This document shows positions 60,095 to 64,000 of a stretch of 64,000 nt of DNA, in pieces. Source of the DNA: Candidatus Zixiibacteriota bacterium (GTDB lineage: Bacteria; Zixibacteria; MSB-5A5; UBA10806; 4484-95); NCBI GenBank assembly GCA_037441845.1, contig JBBIRK010000003.1, forward strand, positions 128,001 to 192,000, in the 5' to 3' direction. The notes below the pieces were generated by a model. That model was not told the DNA's origin. It did no database searches and saw only the letters and a list, made by a program, of their open reading frames with translations. A program made the position numbers and the translations under genes. Position 1 is the first letter of the stretch. Each line of letters opens with the position of its first letter.

Positions 60095-61930
60095 ATGCGC
60101 GCCACCCCATCGGCCGGAATCGTCGACAGCCGGAATGAGCCCTTATCCGAGCTTGTGGCCTCGCTGAAAAGCACGGATAGGTTCATCCGCGAGGACGCCG
60201 CCAACGAGCTTGCCCAAAGCGGCGACGAAAAACAAGCGGCGGAGCTCTGCCGCCTTTTGTATGACGTCGATATTTCCGTGCGCAATCTGGCCGCCGAAAT
60301 CCTGGTCAAAATCGGCAAGGCGGCGACCAAACCGTTGCTCGACGAATCTTTCTCCCCGGACAAGGACGTCCGTAAGTTCATCGTCGATATTATGGCGCTG
60401 ACGGGTGATTCGGCATTCGTGCCCAGATTGGTCGAGCTGCTTAACGATCCCAACGACAACGTAGTTGGTTCGGCTGCCGAGGCTCTCGGACGTATCGGCA
60501 GACCCGAGGCGGTCCCGGCCTTGATCGATTGTTGCCGCTTACATCCCCTGGCCGAGTTGCAGGCGATCGAAGCCCTCGGGAATATCGGGTCGCCGGAGGC
60601 GATGCCGGTGCTGCGGGAAAAAACACGCTCGAATAATATCGTCATAGTTTACGCTGCGGTCGAAGCGCTGGGAAAAATCGGTTCCCCGGAGGCAGCGCAG
60701 ATTCTTTTCGAGCTTCTGGGAAGCGATAACAAGCAATTGCGCGGAACCGTCTTGAGCACGATAATCAAGATCGCCGGCAACGGCGGACGAAAGAAAATCG
60801 ATGAAATTTCCGGCGGGCAGATAGTCGATATGTTGATCGATGCCGCATTAAGCGACGATCCGGGCGTAAGATCGGCAGTAATAAGGGAACTTGCGTTCTG
60901 GAGCGGACCGAAGGTGACGGCCGCGCTTATCAAAGCCCTGAATGATCCGGATCAATCGATCGTCGATCTGGCTCTGGGGGCGCTTAGAATCGCAGGCGAT
61001 TCGGGTCTCGATGAGATCAAGAAAGGAATTCAACAAGGGAACGATCTTGTCAAAAAATATCTGATCGAGGTGTCCGCATTCCTTAAATCCTCGGAGCTTT
61101 TCGGAGTCGTGTTGCCCGAAGCCAAATCGCCGGATCCGAATGTCAGGATCGCCGTGTGCAAGGCGCTGTCGAAATACAGCAATTCCCAGGCTATAGAGGC
61201 GCTGCTGGCGCTCGCGGACGACGAGGTGGGACATGTTCGCGCCGAGGCGTTGAAATCGCTCGGATTTTCCGGCGACATCTCGATCGTGGAACGGCTGTTC
61301 AAGTATCTCGACGACGAATATCCGGATGTGCGGGAGGCATGCCTGGGGGCCATGATTTTAATCGACGGAAGCAAGACGGTCGAATTTTTCAAAAAAGACC
61401 TCGAACAAGGCGATAAAAACCGAAAAATTCTTGCTGCCAGGGCGCTGGGTTGGATCGGCAGCGAGGCCGCGGCGAATATTCTATTGGAGGCGCTAGGCAG
61501 TGACGTGGCCGAGGTGCGCAAGTATGCCTTGCTCGGGTTGGCCAAAATCGGTCATTCCAAACTCGAGGAAAATTTGACCTATCTTTTGACCGACGAAAGC
61601 CCTGAAGTGCGAAAGGCGGTCGTCGATGCCTATTTGAGCGTCGCCAAAGAAAAAGCGGCCGACCATATTCAAGTATTGCTCGATGACGACGACCCCTGGG
61701 TGCGATTCTATACGATAAACGCCTTGGCGGGCACGTGTGACCGCAAATGCCTAGACAAGCTCGCCGAAATTGCCTTGAATCAGCCGCCTTTCATTCAGAT
61801 CGCCATCGTAAATTTCCTGTCGAAATCCGGAGAACCCAAGGCGATAAGTGCGCTGCAGCGGCTTGCGGCCTCGGAAAATGATGAGATAAGAGCCGCCGCT
61901 CAGGAGGCTTTAGATGCCCCGGGAAATTGA
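60095..61930 (+). CDS. HEAT-repeat protein
   Basis: Many LxDxxxxVRxxAAxALGxIG repeats. Confidence 0.9.
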   Translation: MRATPSAGIVDSRNEPLSELVASLKSTDRFIREDAANELAQSGDEKQAAELCRLLYDVDISVRNLAAEILVKIGKAATKPLLDESFSPDKDVRKFIVDIMALTGDSAFVPRLVELLNDPNDNVVGSAAEALGRIGRPEAVPALIDCCRLHPLAELQAIEALGNIGSPEAMPVLREKTRSNNIVIVYAAVEALGKIGSPEAAQILFELLGSDNKQLRGTVLSTIIKIAGNGGRKKIDEISGGQIVDMLIDAALSDDPGVRSAVIRELAFWSGPKVTAALIKALNDPDQSIVDLALGALRIAGDSGLDEIKKGIQQGNDLVKKYLIEVSAFLKSSELFGVVLPEAKSPDPNVRIAVCKALSKYSNSQAIEALLALADDEVGHVRAEALKSLGFSGDISIVERLFKYLDDEYPDVREACLGAMILIDGSKTVEFFKKDLEQGDKNRKILAARALGWIGSEAAANILLEALGSDVAEVRKYALLGLAKIGHSKLEENLTYLLTDESPEVRKAVVDAYLSVAKEKAADHIQVLLDDDDPWVRFYTINALAGTCDRKCLDKLAEIALNQPPFIQIAIVNFLSKSGEPKAISALQRLAASENDEIRAAAQEALDAPGN

Positions 61931-61992
61931 CACAGCAAGCAAAGCCGCAGCGGCCGACGGCAGAAAAATTTTGCAACACGAGGCTCGGTAAT

Positions 61993-62847
61993 ATGCCGTT
62001 GGAAGCAACCATCGATATTCCGGAGCTATCCCAGGAAGATTTCGTCTTGTTCCGCGACTTCATTCATGAACGCACGGGAATGTATTTCGCGGATAACAAA
62101 TTGTATTTGGTCAAAAACAGGCTGGCCAACCGTATGTCGCAGATCGGAGCCAAAAGCTACCGAGATTATTTTTATATGGTCAAGTTCGACACCGGCACGG
62201 CCGAATTCAACGCTTTGGTAAATCTGCTGACTACCAACGAAACCTCCTTCTTCCGAAATTTGCCCCAACTTCAGGCTTTCTCCGATGAAGTCTTGCCTTT
62301 GGTTTTGAAAAGAAAAGACGACAGCGGGAATAAAAATATCAGGATCTGGAGCGCCGGATGCTCGACCGGCGAGGAGCCATATACCTTGGCCATGATTCTC
62401 ATGGATAAAGTGCCGAGACTTGCCAGTTATAACGTGGAAATAATCGCCAATGACATATCCGAGACCGTCCTGCAGGCGGCGCGCAAAGGGATTTATCACG
62501 AATTGACATTGCGCACAACACCCCCGAATTATATTGCGAAGTATTTTTCCAAAAAGGGAAACGTTTATCATATCAACGACGACGTTAAAAAATACGTCAA
62601 ATTTTCGCAGATAAATCTTCTCGATTCGACCAAGATGTCCTTAATCAAGGATATAGACGTAATCTTTTGTCGAAATGTGACGATTTATTTTTCAGAAGAT
62701 GCCAAACGCAAGGTGGTGCGAAGTTTTTATTCGAGTCTGATAAAAGGAGGATATTATTTTATCGGCCATGCCGAGTCGCTGCATGGCATAACCAAAGCCT
62801 TCAAACTGGTCTATTTCAAAAACGGGCTGGTATATCAAAAGGAATAG
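61993..62847 (+). CDS. cheR: Chemotaxis methyltransferase CheR
   Basis: LTTNETSFFR, IWSAGCSTGEEPYT, DVIFCRNV and IGHAESL. Confidence 0.95.
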   Translation: MPLEATIDIPELSQEDFVLFRDFIHERTGMYFADNKLYLVKNRLANRMSQIGAKSYRDYFYMVKFDTGTAEFNALVNLLTTNETSFFRNLPQLQAFSDEVLPLVLKRKDDSGNKNIRIWSAGCSTGEEPYTLAMILMDKVPRLASYNVEIIANDISETVLQAARKGIYHELTLRTTPPNYIAKYFSKKGNVYHINDDVKKYVKFSQINLLDSTKMSLIKDIDVIFCRNVTIYFSEDAKRKVVRSFYSSLIKGGYYFIGHAESLHGITKAFKLVYFKNGLVYQKE

Positions 62848-62862
62848 CGCTGAGAGAATGCT

Positions 62863-63261
62863 ATGAACGGCAAAACGATTTTAATCGTCGATGATTCGCC
62901 GACCATACTCAAATTTGTGTCCTTCACATTGAGATCGGCGGGATTCAAAGTGGTGACCGCTTGCGACGGAATGGATGCTCTCGAAAAACTCTCGACCCTG
63001 AGCGAAAACGGAGAAACCGTCGATCTGGTGATCACCGATCTGAACATGCCCAATATAGACGGTTACGAGTTCATAAAGACTCTCAAAGCGAACGAACAGT
63101 ATTCGGCGTTTCCGATAATAATTCTTTCCTCCGAAGAAGACGAATGCGACAAGAAAGCAGGCAGCGAGGCCGGCGCCTCATCTTATCTGGTCAAGCCTTT
63201 CCGGCCCGATGTGCTGCTTGCCGAAGTGACAAAATACATTCCGGCAAAACAACCTGTTTGA
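62863..63261 (+). CDS. CheY-like response regulator
   Basis: ILIVDDS, ITDLNMP and YLVKPF. Confidence 0.9.
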   Translation: MNGKTILIVDDSPTILKFVSFTLRSAGFKVVTACDGMDALEKLSTLSENGETVDLVITDLNMPNIDGYEFIKTLKANEQYSAFPIIILSSEEDECDKKAGSEAGASSYLVKPFRPDVLLAEVTKYIPAKQPV

Positions 63262-63274
63262 AGGAGGCGTTGCC

Positions 63275-63652
63275 TTGCCAAACTTGAAGATCCTGGCTGT
63301 TGACGATTCGCCGACAATGAGGCGCATTATCGTCAATACCCTCAAGCGCGCCGGTTTCGAGGACGTCAGCGAAGCCTCTGATGGCAAAGACGCGCTGGCG
63401 AAGCTCAAAACCGACAAATTCGATTTCATAATCACCGACTGGAATATGCCCGAAATGGACGGCTTGACGTTCGTCAATTCTGTCAGATCCGATCCCGAAC
63501 TTCAATCACTGCCGATACTAATGGTTACCACGCGGTCGGTCAAGGAAGACATAATGCAGGCGATCAAAGCGGGTGTAAACAATTATATCGTGAAGCCGTT
63601 CACTCCGGAAACGATCGCCGAAAAAATCAATCAGGTTTTGGCCTCGGCTTAG
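63275..63652 (+). CDS. cheY: Chemotaxis response regulator CheY
   Basis: VDDSPTMRRII, ITDWNMPEMDG, LPILMVT and YIVKPF. Confidence 0.92.
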   Translation: MPNLKILAVDDSPTMRRIIVNTLKRAGFEDVSEASDGKDALAKLKTDKFDFIITDWNMPEMDGLTFVNSVRSDPELQSLPILMVTTRSVKEDIMQAIKAGVNNYIVKPFTPETIAEKINQVLASA

Positions 63653-63664
63653 AAAGGAGCTCAA

Positions 63665-64000
63665 ATGCCCGGCAAAAATCCAGAGATGGTGGATAAGATC
63701 CGCCGCGAGCTGAACGAGCTGACCTCCTCCATAGGCAAAATGATGGAATTATTCAGACAGATAAAACAGCCGATACAGGAGTCTTCCGAAAAAGTACCCA
63801 GCACGACGATGCAGCTCGAAAAAGTCACCCAGCAGACGGAGAAAGCGACGCATAAGGTTCTCGATATAGTCGAATTATTGACCAACCGAAATTCGGAGAT
63901 AATCGAGATCTGTCAGAAAATCGAGTCGACGATAGAATCCGGCCTGGGAAAAAACGCCGAAATCGGCAAATTGCTCGATCAAATCAAAAACAACGCCAAC
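63665..64000 (+). CDS. cheZ: CheZ-like phosphatase, 5' part (runs off the window; absent from the ORF track)
   Basis: AAGGAG RBS then MPGKNPEM...QLEKVTQQTEKATHKVLDIVE, open to the window end, directly after cheY. Confidence 0.7.
   Translation, partial: MPGKNPEMVDKIRRELNELTSSIGKMMELFRQIKQPIQESSEKVPSTTMQLEKVTQQTEKATHKVLDIVELLTNRNSEIIEICQKIESTIESGLGKNAEIGKLLDQIKNNAN

Overview
A 64 kb, roughly 50% GC stretch of an anaerobic bacterial chromosome. T9SS-type C-terminal sorting tails and a dockerin-like tail suggest an FCB-related lineage such as Zixibacteria; this is an inference. Housekeeping content: pepA (partial), dcd, porCDAB, terC, cobO-trxB-osmC-lipA, malic enzyme, cysteine synthase, purDE, lemA, galT-glgA and tRNA-Gly/Cys/Leu. 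It is interleaved with much surface and signalling machinery: an orphan short flagellin, a DUF2723 plus two type IV pilins plus pilD locus, a c-di-GMP phosphodiesterase and cyclase, and an Rsb plus chemosensory operon running off the right edge. The best candidate for an undescribed system is at 22157-33827. It encodes a membrane sensor fusing an RsbW-type kinase, HAMP and a PP2C phosphatase, then a ParA ATPase, a STAS anti-anti-sigma protein, a diguanylate cyclase and Wza/Wzc-type polysaccharide export genes. Both the kinase/phosphatase and the STAS protein end in related helix-turn-helix domains resembling the DNA-binding part of IS481-family transposases, with no catalytic DDE core. Other notable items: a frameshifted GpgS-HAD phosphatase fusion, an orphan phage-type replication initiator, three evenly spaced REP-like palindromes, and recurring sigma28-like and sigma54-like promoter motifs. 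All family assignments come from motif recognition by eye; no database searches were run.
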